Assembly (NCBI RefSeq): GCF_020745735.1
Contig: NC_083429.1
Location: forward strand, 3,077,139-3,141,138
Direction: 5' to 3'
DNA: 64,000 nt
DNA from: Hemiscyllium ocellatum
Lineage: Eukaryota
A model generated the notes under the pieces. That model was given only the letters and a program-made list of their open reading frames with translations, searched no databases and was not told the DNA's origin. A program made the translations under genes and the position numbers. How positions within the stretch are numbered: position 1 is the first letter of the stretch; the number at the start of each line of letters is the position of its first letter. Positions 1-11,295 of the stretch are shown piece by piece.

Positions 1-285
1 TTACCATTTTGTTTATATAATTGAAATACTTAAAATCCCTATTACGAATGATGTGAAATGCTGGTGTAAATTATTTGTTCCCTGTAGCCAGTTCCTCCAT
101 CACACCCTCCAAATGTCCTCAATATACTCCCCTGAATTAATTTCTAACTTCGGTCACACACCCATCTTGAAAGTTTCTTTTATATATACACGGACAAGCT
201 TGTGAAGCTTATTTTTATATTTGTTGCTAATTTATTTGCATCATATCTTTTGTTTTTTTTTCCCTCGCTTTCTGGATTCATACAA

Positions 286-680
286 TCATAGAGAGGACAC
301 ATAGACCCTTTGATCCAACATGCCAATGCTGGCCGGGTTTTTCAAACTAAGTTCGTCCCATCTGCTTGCACTTGGCCTATATACCTCTAAATGTATTCCA
401 TTAATATGTTTGTTAAAACATCTTCGAAATGTTGCAACTGTACTTGCATCTGCCACTCTTCCTCTGGCAGCTCATTCCATACACACATCACTCTTTTCAT
501 GAAAATCCTGCCCCTTTGTCCATTTTAAATCTTTCCCCTTTCACCTTAAAGCTTTGTCCTCGATGTTTGAACTTCTCTATCCTGTGAGAAAAGACATTGT
601 CTATTCACTTATTCATGCCTGTCATGATTTTATAAGCTTCTATAATTTCACCCCTCAACCACCTACACGCATCTGATACT
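286..680 (-). mobile_element. CR1/HER1-type LINE, 3' fragment, degenerate
   Basis: Reverse complement of the CR1 RT C-terminus and 3' UTR seen intact at 50850-51240; paralogous copy at about 14370-14720. Confidence 0.8.
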
Positions 681-1699
681 AACTTCAAGAACAAACATTT
701 AAAGATAAGCACTGCAAATTTGAAACAATATTAAAAATGGCAGGTAAACAACACTCAGCCCAAACCTCATACTGTGATTTGTTTTTCTCCATGTTACAGT
801 AACAAGGAGCAGGAAACTCTTTCGCGTGCCAAAAAGACATCAAACAACTGAATTCCTTTTTCTAAATGGGGTGATGAAAGCTAGAGTGAAAACGTATCTC
901 TGGCCAGATCTATGTAACGAAGAGAATTCTTATACCACACGGTATACATGCAGTTACCTTTAGCAGAGTGAGATGAAGGTTGAGTATACTTTTTGAAACT
1001 TGGATCACAGTGTGAATTCAGGACGAAGGGGAAGAGGTGGTTTCAATACGGTTTATTCCAAGAAGGAAACTTTCCGGAATGAGATGTGAGTGAAAGGTGT
1101 AAAACAGCATGAATGGAGAGGCCGAGCCACACTGAGACCAGAGGCAATGTGGCAGCACAAATCGCAGCTTGATGCTAGTGCAGCGAAGGTAGACTGGATC
1201 AAACAGCTTAAGGTGATGTGGGGAGGGATCATAATGTGAGAGAAAATGCTCTGTAATTGGAGAGGGAGAACCTGGAATCAGGAAAGGGAGACGACCAGGG
1301 AAGAGGATTGAGCAACAATGGCAGGGGTTTCTGATATAATTCAGGAAACACAGCTGAAATTCATGCCTAGCATCTGCCAGTAGTCCCTGAAATAAACATC
1401 CTAAGTCTGGCCCGATATCAATGCTCATCAATGTGTGATTGAATAATATCCTTGAGCGCTTTAGTCAACCATTGGTGGTTCATCTCCTTATCCAGTCCTT
1501 CCTCGTGAGCAGAAACAAATAATTGCTGAGCACTACGAGATATATGCTTGAATGTCTGCCCATGTATATCACTGACCTTCCTCTGGGTTTCTATCCACAT
1601 CACGATTCAGACCAGATGTGAGTCAGAATTCCACAATTTAATGTCTGGTTCTTTTCAATCATTCAGAGGGAACTTCTGCATGTGGCAGATCACATGATC

Positions 1700-2790
1700 A
1701 GTTGAGGGTGACTGCTTTCTCCCAGTTTCTCCGTTCTGACGATTCTGCTTGATGATGCCACATCCCAGTGAGCTGCCCCTGACGTGAGTGCTTTTCTTCA
1801 AACCAGGAATCCCCTAATTACGGTGGACAGGGCCTTATGGTGTGACTGACCTATCTCACGCGTTGCCGCCCTCACTTTACCCTCATTCACTTGTATTGCT
1901 TCAAATCAGTCTCCACACAGTTGGAGGCTGGAACGGTGGCTCAGTGGTTACCACTGCTGCCTCACAGCACCAGGGACCCGAGTTCATTTACAGCCTCGGG
2001 CGACTGTTCGTGTGGAATTTGCACGGTCTTTCTGCGTCTGCATGGGTTTCCTCCGGGTGCTCCGTTTTCCTCCCATAGTGTTAGATTCATGAGAGAAAAT
2101 TGTGTCTGAGTGGGTTACTCTTCAGAGGGTCGTTATGGGCTTGTTGGGCTGAATCTAATCTAATCTAAAAAAATCCTGTCATTGCTGCTCACAATGCACT
2201 ATCTTTCACTCTGGGGAGACCAAACAGAAACCTTTTTGCGGAACACTCCCACTCTGTCAGTAGGAAGAACCCTGACCCTATCAATGCTTCCCATTTCAAT
2301 AACCAACCTTGCTCTCATGCTAAAATTTCGGTACTGAGCTGCAGCAATGTTCCAGTGAAGCACAACCCAAGCTCCAGTAACACCTCACTTTACACTTTGG
2401 AACGTTACAACCTGTAGGATTTAATATTCAATTCGATAACTTCACAGCCTGACCCCATTATGCCTGTTCTCCATTTTCATACATTCTCTCTCCTAGTCTC
2501 GTTCTGATCTTGTGTGGTTGTGTCTACTTTATTTTGCATTCAATAGAGAGAACCCATTTCCCCCATTCGCATCTTTCACATCATCTTTTTGTTCACCACC
2601 GGTAAAAGCCCATTTATCTTTTGCCACGTTCTCTTTTACGCATCACTCCCTCCCCCACCTTTATCAATGGATTAAAAATCCCAACTTCCAATCCTTTTCC
2701 ATTCTGAAGAAGTGTCACACTGGACTTGAAATGCTAACTCGATTTCCCTCTCTCTGCTGAGTTTCGCCAGGGTTGAATAGGCACAGCACG
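1700..2790 (+). mobile_element. Degenerate Penelope-like element (RT C-terminus, GIY-YIG, 3' tail), interrupted by a SINE
   Basis: 1710-1870 resembles the PLE RT end (FSQFLRLRRICxDD...VDRAL). 2190-2452 resembles the GIY-YIG end (GETK...F.EH...QC.SE...LGTLQP.G.NI.F.NF*). Hammerhead-like CTGAAGA...GAAA motif at 2704. Confidence 0.7.
1933..2167 (+). mobile_element. HE1-type tRNA-derived SINE
   Basis: Box A-like GGTGGCTCAGTGG and box B-like GAGTTCA; body GGGTTTCCTCCGGGTGCTCCG; (AATCT)n tail. Confidence 0.9.
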
Positions 2791-2814
2791 AATTTTCTAA
2801 TAGACAAATAATTA

Positions 2815-2930
2815 TGGATACTGGAAATAAAAAAAAATTCTGGAGAAACTGGACCCGAAAGATGAACTCTGCTTTCATTCCACAAGATGCTGCCAGACCT
2901 GCTAAGTTTCTTCAGCTATGTCCGTTTTTG
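2815..2930. mobile_element. Fold-back PLE-derived mini element
   Basis: Left arm (CTGGAGAAACT) is the reverse complement of the right arm (AGTTTCTTCAG); the right arm starts at the hammerhead stem II/GAAA remnant GGACCCGAAA. Confidence 0.55.
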
Positions 2931-3329
2931 AACTAGTTCCACAAATGTCTGTCAAAGATGCTCAAAAGCCCTGTCCAATACAGAGAGCTCGGTACCAGGG
3001 AAGTCAACAATAACACCAGGTTCACAGGTTCATTGGCTCTGAAGGGGCATAAGGCCGCATCATGGGCACTGCAGAGCTCTTAATCTTTTTAAATAGAGAA
3101 GATGTCATTGCGGGAATGGATAAAAACATCAGATGAATATGTTAAAGAATTTAAGTAATATAACAAATTGGAGGTGTGACTCCATGGATAGATCCTAACA
3201 GAATGAGAATATGAAAATGGAAATGCCACCACATCAGAAACCAGGTTAGATCAATGAGTACAGTGCTGATGGGCGAATGAGTCTCGTTGTGAATTGGGAG
3301 ATAATCAGTAGAATTGAATTACAGATTTT

Positions 3330-4200
3330 GCAGCTCAAACTGGGCATTTATGTGATGATGTAGATCACAGTAGCAGCAGCAGAATTGTGTTCAATCACAA
3401 TCTGTAACTTTTTTCCATGGGATAATCTCTCAATCTATCATTACCATCAAACTAATCCTTGGTTCAGTCAGGAGCATGAGTGAACATTCCAGAATCAGAA
3501 CCATGTGTACCTAAACCTGATGACAAACCATTAAAGCTATGGTACTTGACCGGTTACATTCCAAATAGCAGGATAGAGAGGACAAAATTAACTCAAAACC
3601 AACAGATCAGATCTAAGCTTTGCAGTCTTACCACATCCAATTATAAATGTCAATGGACTATTAAACAATTCACTGGAGGAGAGGACTCCATAAATATCTC
3701 CATCCTAAATAATGGAACAGCTCTGTACATTTATGTAAAAGATAAGGATATAGTGTCTGCACCATCCTCAACCAGGAGTGTTGAGTGGATGATCCACCTC
3801 ACCATCATCATGATGCCCTCAGAATCACAGATGGCAGTCTTTAATCAATTCGATTCGCTGCACGTGACATGAAGAAACAGCTGGATATAGTAGATAGGAC
3901 GAAGGCAATGGGACATGACAACATTCCTGCATTGGGACTAAAGACTTGTGCTGCACAACAAGCCGTGTCCCTGGGGATGCTGTTTCATTCCAGCTTCAAC
4001 TCTGACATCTCCCTGACAATGTGGAAAATGACTCAACGACATCCAGTACCCTAAGAGGGAAGAACTACAATCTGTCCAATTACCCCCCCCCCCCCCCACC
4101 CCTCAGTCTGATCACGATAGTCACATTAGTGGCTGTACTTTTTGACAGAGTTGTCAAGCAGCACAGAAATAACCAGCTCAGCGTGGTTTCTGACAGTTCA
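3330..4200 (+). mobile_element. L2/Jockey-group LINE ORF2 fragment (pre-RT region), pseudogenised
   Basis: ORF 3869-4054 KKQLDIVDRTKAMGHDNIPALGLKTCA...WK...PV matches the non-LTR RT N-terminal motif KAxGPDxIP..LK.CA..LA.PL..LF; paralog at 15440-16270. Confidence 0.8.
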
Positions 4201-4209
4201 CCATTTAGA

Positions 4210-4670
4210 GACGGTGCTGTTACGGAAATGTCGCTGGATTATTAATCCAGTCCAGGCTAATGATCTGGCAGCTGGTGGAAGTTAAAAACAATTAATAAAA
4301 TATCGAGATCTAAAATATGGTGTCCGGATAGTCACCTTTACGCCAATGTCGATTGTAAATACCATTTTCTTCCCCAGTGTACTTTCAGGAAGTGAGTCTT
4401 CTGTGCTTTCCTGGTCTGCCTAAAAGTGACTCCAGATACACAGACATGTGATAAGCTCTTCAATGGTCTCTGAAGCTACCAAGCAAGACTCTCAATTGTA
4501 TCAAACTGCTCATTGTTCTTAAAGGATAAACCGGGAAAAAACACCTGGTCCCAGCCTTGTTGCTGGATATGGGAATGGGAAACACAGTCCTGACGTGCCT
4601 GCAGAGACTTCCTTCCGAACGTCTGAGAGCTTGTGACAACATTTGCAGAGTTGTCCCACAGACTGCACAG
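4210..4670 (+). mobile_element. SacSINE1-like (tRNA/Deu-domain) head running into LINE 5' sequence
   Basis: tRNA-like head followed by TGTCGATTGT...AGGAAG...CTGGTCTG..TGACTCCAGA core; further copies at 16298, 36470, 37360(-) and 47790(-). Family name is from memory. Confidence 0.6.
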
Positions 4671-5754
4671 AAACATCGGGAAAGGAGAATGTCATTCAAC
4701 ACATTGAGTATCTCCCATTGTAGATAGTGGAGAAAATCTCCGCAGTGCGATTTGCCCCGCACAGTTTTAATATCACTTAACATGTTTAAGCATCGGGATA
4801 TATAAAATGGGAAATGCTGTGGTTGCTTTGGTCCATCAATTTTCATCCTCCATTCAATATACAGGCAGTTCAGATAGCGCATGTTTATTAAACACAACTT
4901 GGCTGCAACACAGTTTGTGAATTGCGTATCCTGTTTATAAAGCGAGCTCCCATTCATTGGAATGCAATTCCATACCTGACACCCGCTGTACAGCAAAACA
5001 CAGCCTCAGGATCCTTTATCTGCAAAGTGCAAACTCAGTGTGTTCACTAAAGCAGGAATGCAATCTGTTCTGCAAAAGCCTTACAACTGAGAACGAAACC
5101 AGGAATTGTAGTCCTCATTTAGAAGGACCTTTATTTCAAACTGCAATTCCATGTCAGTATCACGTGGTCAGTCGGCTCACGCACTTTCTGGTGAAGACCT
5201 TGGTGAAAGGTACAGTGCTGCAGTCAGTGGCTTTAGTGTGAAAGTGTTACATTTACAGCATTGTTTCATTACAATATATGATTTAAAGATTTTCTTCGAC
5301 TATGCTCATGTGTGTTAGATTAACTAAAATTTTTGGTTTTTACTATTTTTGGGGGGCGGTTTGGTTTGCTCTTCCTCACTTTTTCCCATAGGACGCATTA
5401 TTAAATTGCATTATTTTCTACTACACGGTGTTCCACAGGAATGCAACTGCTGTGTTATTGGAGAAAAACCTGGAATGATATCTGATCCTAAATCTTCACA
5501 CCATACTCCTGCTCTCTGTCTATCCCTTTCTTTTCCAGAAATCCTCATTTATATTCAGCGCCTTGGCTTCTACAGCCTTATGTGCGAGAGAATTCACCAG
5601 GTTCACCAGTTTCTGAGTGAAAATATTTCTTCTCATCTCAATGCAGAGTGGCCTATCTGTACCTAATGTTGTGCACCCTTGTTTTTTTGACGTCCCAGTC
5701 AGGGGAACTATCATCCCTGCTTCCGATCCGTCTCACCCTGTCAGAATTTCAGAT

Positions 5755-6730
5755 CAAAATCTGTGACAAGATTTGTAGCTCGGGTGCTTGCTGTTGTGGT
5801 TCTGTTCGCCGAGCTGGGAATTTGTGTAGCAGACGTTTCGTGTCCTGTATAGGTGACATCCTCACTGCTTGGGAGCCTCCCGTGAAGCGCTTCTGCGATA
5901 TTTCCTCCGGCATTTGTAGTGGTTTAAATCTGCCACTTCCGGTTGTCAGTTCCAGATGTCTGCTGCAGTGGTCGGTATATTGGGTCCAGGTCGATGTGCT
6001 CATAATTGAATCTGTGGATGAGTGCTATGCCTCTAGGAATTCCCTGGCTGTTGCCTGTTTGGCATGTCATATAACAGTAGTGTGTCCCAGTCGAATTCAT
6101 GTTTTTTGTCATCTGCGTGTGTGGCTACTAAGGATAGCTGGTCGTGTCATTTCGCTAGTTGGTGTTCTTGGATGCGGATCGTTAGCTGACTTCCTGTTTG
6201 TCCGATGTAATGTTTTGTGCAGTCCTTGCATGGGATTTTGTACACTACATTGTACATTTTGCAAAACCAATGTAGTGTACAAAATCCCATGCAAGGACTA
6301 CACAAAACACTACATCGGACAAACAGGAAGTCAGCTAACGATCCCCATCCAAGAACACCAACTAGCGAAATGACACGACCAGCTATCCTTAGCAGCCACA
6401 CCCGCAGATGGCAAGCAACATGAGTTCGATTGGGACAACACTGCTATTATACGAAAAGCCAAACAGAGAACAGCCGGGGAATTCCTCGAGGCATGACACT
6501 CATCCACAGATTCACTCAATAAGCACATCAACCTGGACCCAATATACCGCCCACTGCAGCAGATAGCTGGAACTGACAACCAGAAGTGGCAGATTCAAAC
6601 CACTACAAATGCGGGAGGAAAGATCACAGAAGCGCTTCACAGGAGGCTCCCAAGCAGTGAGGATGTCACCTAGACAGGGGACGAAACGTCTGCAACACAA
6701 ATTCCCAGCTCGGTGAACAGAACCACAACA
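5755..6730. mobile_element. Penelope-like element, inverted (fold-back) pair of 3' ends with GIY-YIG domain
   Basis: Both strands encode NVVYKIPCKDxTKHYIGQTG...IQEH. Arms of about 470 bp are inverted around 6250-6270. Flanking duplication CAGAATTT(C/T)AGAT at 5742-5754 and 6729-6741. Confidence 0.93.
6262..6580 (+). pseudogene. PLE GIY-YIG endonuclease fragment with stops
   Basis: KTNVVYKIPCKDYTKHYIGQTGSQLTIPIQEHQLAK*...HEFDWDNT...EFLEA*HS. Confidence 0.88.
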
Positions 6731-8169
6731 GAATTTTAGATATTTCACTGAGAACACCACTCATTTTCCTAAACGGAATGGAATACAGGCCCAGTCGCCC
6801 CAAACTCTGTTCCCCAATACGCTTGTCATCCCAGTGATCAGTCTGGTCGTCCTTCACTGCTCTCCATCAATTTCAGGTTTGTCCTTTATTAGATAAGGAG
6901 AGCAAAACTGCACACAACACTGCACAATGTTCAAGATGGGGTCTCACCAAGGGCCTGTACCGCTGCAGTAAGTCATCCTTACTCCTGGACTGAAATACTC
7001 CTGAAATGAAGGTCAACACATCATTTATCTTCCAAGCTGGTTTCCGTTCCTGCAATATTGTTTTCAGTGACTAGTGTACAAGGAGATCCAACTCCTTTTC
7101 AAAGTAACAGCTACCCACTTGGTGGGTCTATGCGCACTGGTCAGTGTGTCAGTGCCATTCCGAGTATTGACTTCTGGTTTCAGAACTCACAGCCCTGTAT
7201 GGCCTGCACAGGTCTGCACAGAAGGAAACATAGATCAACATTTATCAATCAATCCATTTTCAATTGATAGCCTGGCATTCTATTATTACGAACAAAGTGC
7301 ACAACGTCACATCCCTCCCCATTGTTCTCCATCTGCTACGTAGTTGCCCAGTCACTCCAGTTGTCTCAATTACCTTGGAGCTTTTTTACATCCTGTTCAC
7401 CCACTTACAATACAACATTGTTTAATGCCATCAGTGGACTTGGGAATATTTCATTTGAACCACTCAACCAAAGAAACGATGTACATTGGGAATAGTTTGG
7501 TCCAAAACACTGATCCTTGCTATATCCTCCAAGCCTTCCATTCTAAGAAAAAGTTTTATTCCTACTCACTGTTTCCCGCCAGCTCTCCCATTCTAACACC
7601 ATGGCCATATATTAGCCCGAGTCCCATAGGATTCAAATTTGGACGATTGGCTTGTGGCTTTGGCACAAATCGTTTTGAAAATCCAATCGTATTGCATTGA
7701 TAGCTTCTCCATAATTTTGCTGAACTTCACTTTCTCAAATATGATTCCCATTTCATAAATCTGTGTTGACTTTGTCTATGACTTTCCTATACATTCTCTC
7801 GAACTGATTATTTGCTAATTTCATTCTATTCTCTTTTTCTCACCAGAATAGTTTCATGGTATTGCTGGGAAGATTTGTTTTGGCTTTGTTATCTTCTATG
7901 AAGACAGAATAAAGTTGTTGCTTCATAGTTCTGCCATTTCCCGGTTTTCCATTCTCTATTCTCTGGTTTCAGACCATAATAAGCTGTCATTGCTTTATCT
8001 TATCTTTCACATGGGCATATTACAGTTCACTTGTATAATGCTCATTGATATACTCTTCAGAAAAGCACCAATTTCTGCCTTAAACTGTTTAAGAATGACC
8101 ATTCCACAATCATACAATCACAGAAACACAGACTGCGTATCGTCCGAAATACAGAACGATCTACATTAG

Positions 8170-8990
8170 TCCCACTTTCTGACATAAGGCCCCGGACCAC
8201 ACATGTTATGACACTGCAATAACTCGTCCAAGTACTTGGTAATTGTTGTGGAGTTACCCGTAACAACCATTCTCTATCTTTCAGACCCCAACGCCCTCTA
8301 GGCGACAAAATGTCTTTAGATTCTCTCTAAACCTCAAGCACTTCACTTGTTCCCTTGTTCTTGACTAAAAGGAACAGCTGCTGTCTATCCACTCAGTCCA
8401 CGCCCCTCATAATCTTATCCTTCTGAATCACATCCCCTCAGCCTCCTCTGCTCCAAAGTAAACAACCCGCGTTTATCCAGCCTCTCCATAGCTGATACGC
8501 CTCATCCCAGGGAACACCCAGATGAATCCCCACCAAACCCCTCCCCCCACAGTGTAATGACATCCTTTCATAATTTGTTATCCAAAACTGCACACTGCAT
8601 ACCAGCTTGCTTTAAACAAGCCCCTTTATAACTCTTATAACCTATGTCTGCGACTCCTAAGCCTTTTTAGGTCGACTGTTAACCTGTCCAGTCACATTCA
8701 GAGACGTGTGTAAAAGCACCCTCTGAGCTACCTAGTGTGCTGCCATTCATTGAGTCCTCCCCTGCCTCGTTTCTTTTTCCAAAGTGCATCAACTCAGATT
8801 TATCAGCATTAAATTGCATCGGCCATCAATCTGCATTTCTGATCATTCTGTCTGTATCTTTCTGCAACATAAGGCCTTTCTCCTTACTGCCATGTACACA
8901 GCCAATCTTTGTGTCCTACTCAAACCGATTTATCACACTACCAACCACTCTCCCCTTCGCATTCTCATCTGCATCGTTGATAATAACTAA
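8170..8990 (-). mobile_element. CR1 LINE 3' fragment, degenerate
   Basis: Reverse-complemented RT C-terminal and tail motifs; paralog at about 19430-20320. Confidence 0.75.
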
Positions 8991-8997
8991 AAATGAT

Positions 8998-9195
8998 AAG
9001 GTTAAAAATCACACAAAGTCAGTTTATTGTCCAAAAGCTTTATTCGCTAGTACTGGCTTTCGAAGCGCTGCTTTTTTTATCAGGTAGTTGTGCACTTTGA
9101 AAGGTTATGCCTCCAATTAAACCTGTTGGACTATAACTAGTGTTGTGTGATTTTTAACGTTGTCGACCCCAATCAAACACCAGCTCCACCGAATC
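8998..9195. mobile_element. Fold-back PLE-derived mini element (different family)
   Basis: GTTAAAAATCACACAA...TTGTGTGATTTTTAAC inverted arms; minus-strand hammerhead remnant CTGATAA..AAGCAGCGCTTCGAAAGC at 9051-9084. Confidence 0.7.
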
Positions 9196-10161
9196 AGAAA
9201 TAGTTGCTTGGATCCCTTCCATTCATCTAAAATGCTTGGAACATATTTACTACTTTCCATTAATCTGCAATGACTTCCGGCCTCTGCAGAATGTACAGGA
9301 AAATAAAATATACTCATCGACTGTGCAATTAATATTTCCATTGGTGCCTTATTTCTGACATTTTGATACGAAGTAAATCTGTTCTTTTTTTCAGACATAG
9401 CAATGCTCAATCTAGTTACATTTTCAAGTACTGCCCTGTTACTGATATAAATTAGCTTTATGTCTGTAGTTCCATCAGCTCCATCTGCTCACTTTGGTTC
9501 TGGGTGATTTTCTGGATCTTCCTCCATGCAGACACATACAAATTAAGTGGTTATTTTCTTGGCCGTGTCCTTGTTCTCCAGAATAAACTATCCTCTCCCG
9601 ATTACAAATTTCCACGTTTGACATTGCTTTTATTTTGTTTCGTTTGAAATATAGACAGTAGATTGATGCAGTCTTTGTGTTCCTGTTTGTAAGCATGCAT
9701 GTTCGCATTTTGATTTCCTATCAGCTTCATGGCCCTCCTTTTTCTGGATCATCAATTTCTGAGAATTCGCAGGTTTCCACAATTTCTGGAATTCTTCCTA
9801 TGATTAATATAACATTTAAATTGTTACATTAACTGTCATTAAGTCACTTGCTCACTCTGTTGTGTTTCTAAATTCAAGAAAGAGACATATTTTTCCGACT
9901 TTGCAGTACTTCCATAAATCTCCTGATCCTGACCAGATCTATTCAGGAAGTCCGCAGGTGGATAGAGATGAAATTACCGGAGCCCTGGTTGGTACTTTTC
10001 CAACTTCGCGGACCAACTGTGAGGTCCCGGAGAACTGGAGAATAGGGAATGCTATGCCTTATTCGAGGAGGGCTACAAAGATAAATCTGGGAGCTATAGA
10101 CCAGTAGAACTAACATCTGTAGTAGATAGTTACTTGAGAAGATTCTGAGAGATAAGATATA

Positions 10162-10830
10162 CAGAGGAACCTCGATTATCCGATTGAGATGGACGGAGCA
10201 CGATTTCATTCAGATAATAGATTATTCGGTGAATTGATCTACTCTGGGGCTCAGCGTTTTCTGTGAAGTCTGCTCCCCGTTCAGGAGACAAAGCAAAAGC
10301 ACACTGGGCGCGAGATTCCACGCCATGTCTGCTCCCACCCTGCCCCGTCCATGTCCCGCTCACCCCGAACACTGTCCGCTCCCACACCACCCGCCCCACG
10401 TCCCTGTCTGCCCCCACGCACACCCAACCCGCCTTCTCTCATATCCCCTCTGCCACATGACCACATCCTCATCCGCTCCCACCCCTTACCATCGTCTGCC
10501 CCCACCCGCCTCCAATCCTGTCCGCTCTCATCCCAACCCCGCCCCCACCAGCCCTCAACCCCGTCCAACGCTACACCCGTCTGCCATTGCCCGTTCCTAT
10601 CCCTGCAACATCAACATCGGTCCCCTAACCTTGCACGCCCAACCATCCCCACCCATTAGCCAAACCCCATCCACAGCATTTTCGTAAGACAAGTTTTTTT
10701 CGTCATTGTACCAACAAACAAAAGACTCAATCAAGGTTGAAAGGCATAATGTTTCTATCAGGATCTTGAGGTCGCCTACGGATAATCCAAATTTCGGATA
10801 GTTGATAATTGTACAATCGTGGTTCCTCTG
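10162..10830. mobile_element. Non-autonomous Tc1/mariner-pogo (Tigger-like) MITE
   Basis: TIRs CAGAGGAACCTCGATT (10162) and AATCGTGGTTCCTCTG (ends 10830); TA on both sides (10160-10161, 10831-10832); the host CR1 sequence rejoins across it. Confidence 0.88.
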
Positions 10831-11184
10831 TACGTGCACGTGGAAGGCATGGTTTGATTAGCAATAGTCAGCATCGCTATGTACATGAGAGATCAAAGCT
10901 CGCAAACGTGTTGCAGTGGTACGATGAAGTGACAAGGAACTGTGATGAGGGCAGAATGGTATACATTGTCTAAATGGATTTCAGTAAGGCCTTTGATAAA
11001 GTTACAGAAGATCAGCTACTTTGGGTTGTTTGATCACCTGGATTCCAGGGGAGCAGGTAAATTAGATACACAATTGGCTTTGTGGTTGGAGGCATAGTGT
11101 ATTATAGGAAGGATGCTTGTCAGACTGGAGACCTGTGAATAATGGAATACCTCAGGAATCGGTGCTGGGAACATTGTTTGTTTC

Positions 11185-11295
11185 TATATATATATATATA
11201 TACATGAATATTACATATATTTACTCATTCACATCATAGATGTATGTAATACGTTATATATATATAATAAATTTATATATGCATATATATAATTT
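11185..11295. repeat. Degenerate (TA)n microsatellite
   Basis: TATATA runs expanded inside the CR1 RT. Confidence 0.85.

Larger units (their letters stand above)
5490..7700 (-). mobile_element. CR1 LINE 3' half, degenerate, interrupted by a PLE (5755-6730) and a 150-bp non-CR1 cassette (7090-7240)
   Basis: ORF 6873-7055 LLQRYRPLVRPHLEHC; ORF 5520-5714 EMRRNIFTQKLVNLVNSL. Confidence 0.85.

Noticed and set aside
1018-1431. 137-aa minus-strand ORF
   Set aside because: No recognisable domain; possibly a decayed PLE N-terminal region, but I cannot support a call.
1933-2000. tRNA genes at SINE heads (also 14120-14190, 39333, 52823)
   Set aside because: Box A/B are present but run straight into the SINE body, with no complete cloverleaf.
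5648-6373. Longest ORF (241 aa) as a host gene
   Set aside because: It is a chimera of antisense CR1, the antisense PLE arm and the sense GIY-YIG, created by the palindrome.
9493-9524. 32-nt minus-strand micro-exon (GRSRKSPRTK or EEDPENHPEPK) with GTGAGC donor
   Set aside because: The acceptor dinucleotide is TG rather than AG, and I saw no counterpart in unit B.
10278-10326. Signal-peptide-like minus-strand ORF MAWNLAPSVLLLCLLN-G in a good Kozak context
   Set aside because: It lies inside the MITE, the would-be donor is GGGAGC rather than GT, and no domain exon follows; most likely chance.
10130-10687. Overlapping Pro-rich and Gly-rich ORFs
   Set aside because: Artefact of the stop-poor, C-rich low-complexity MITE interior.
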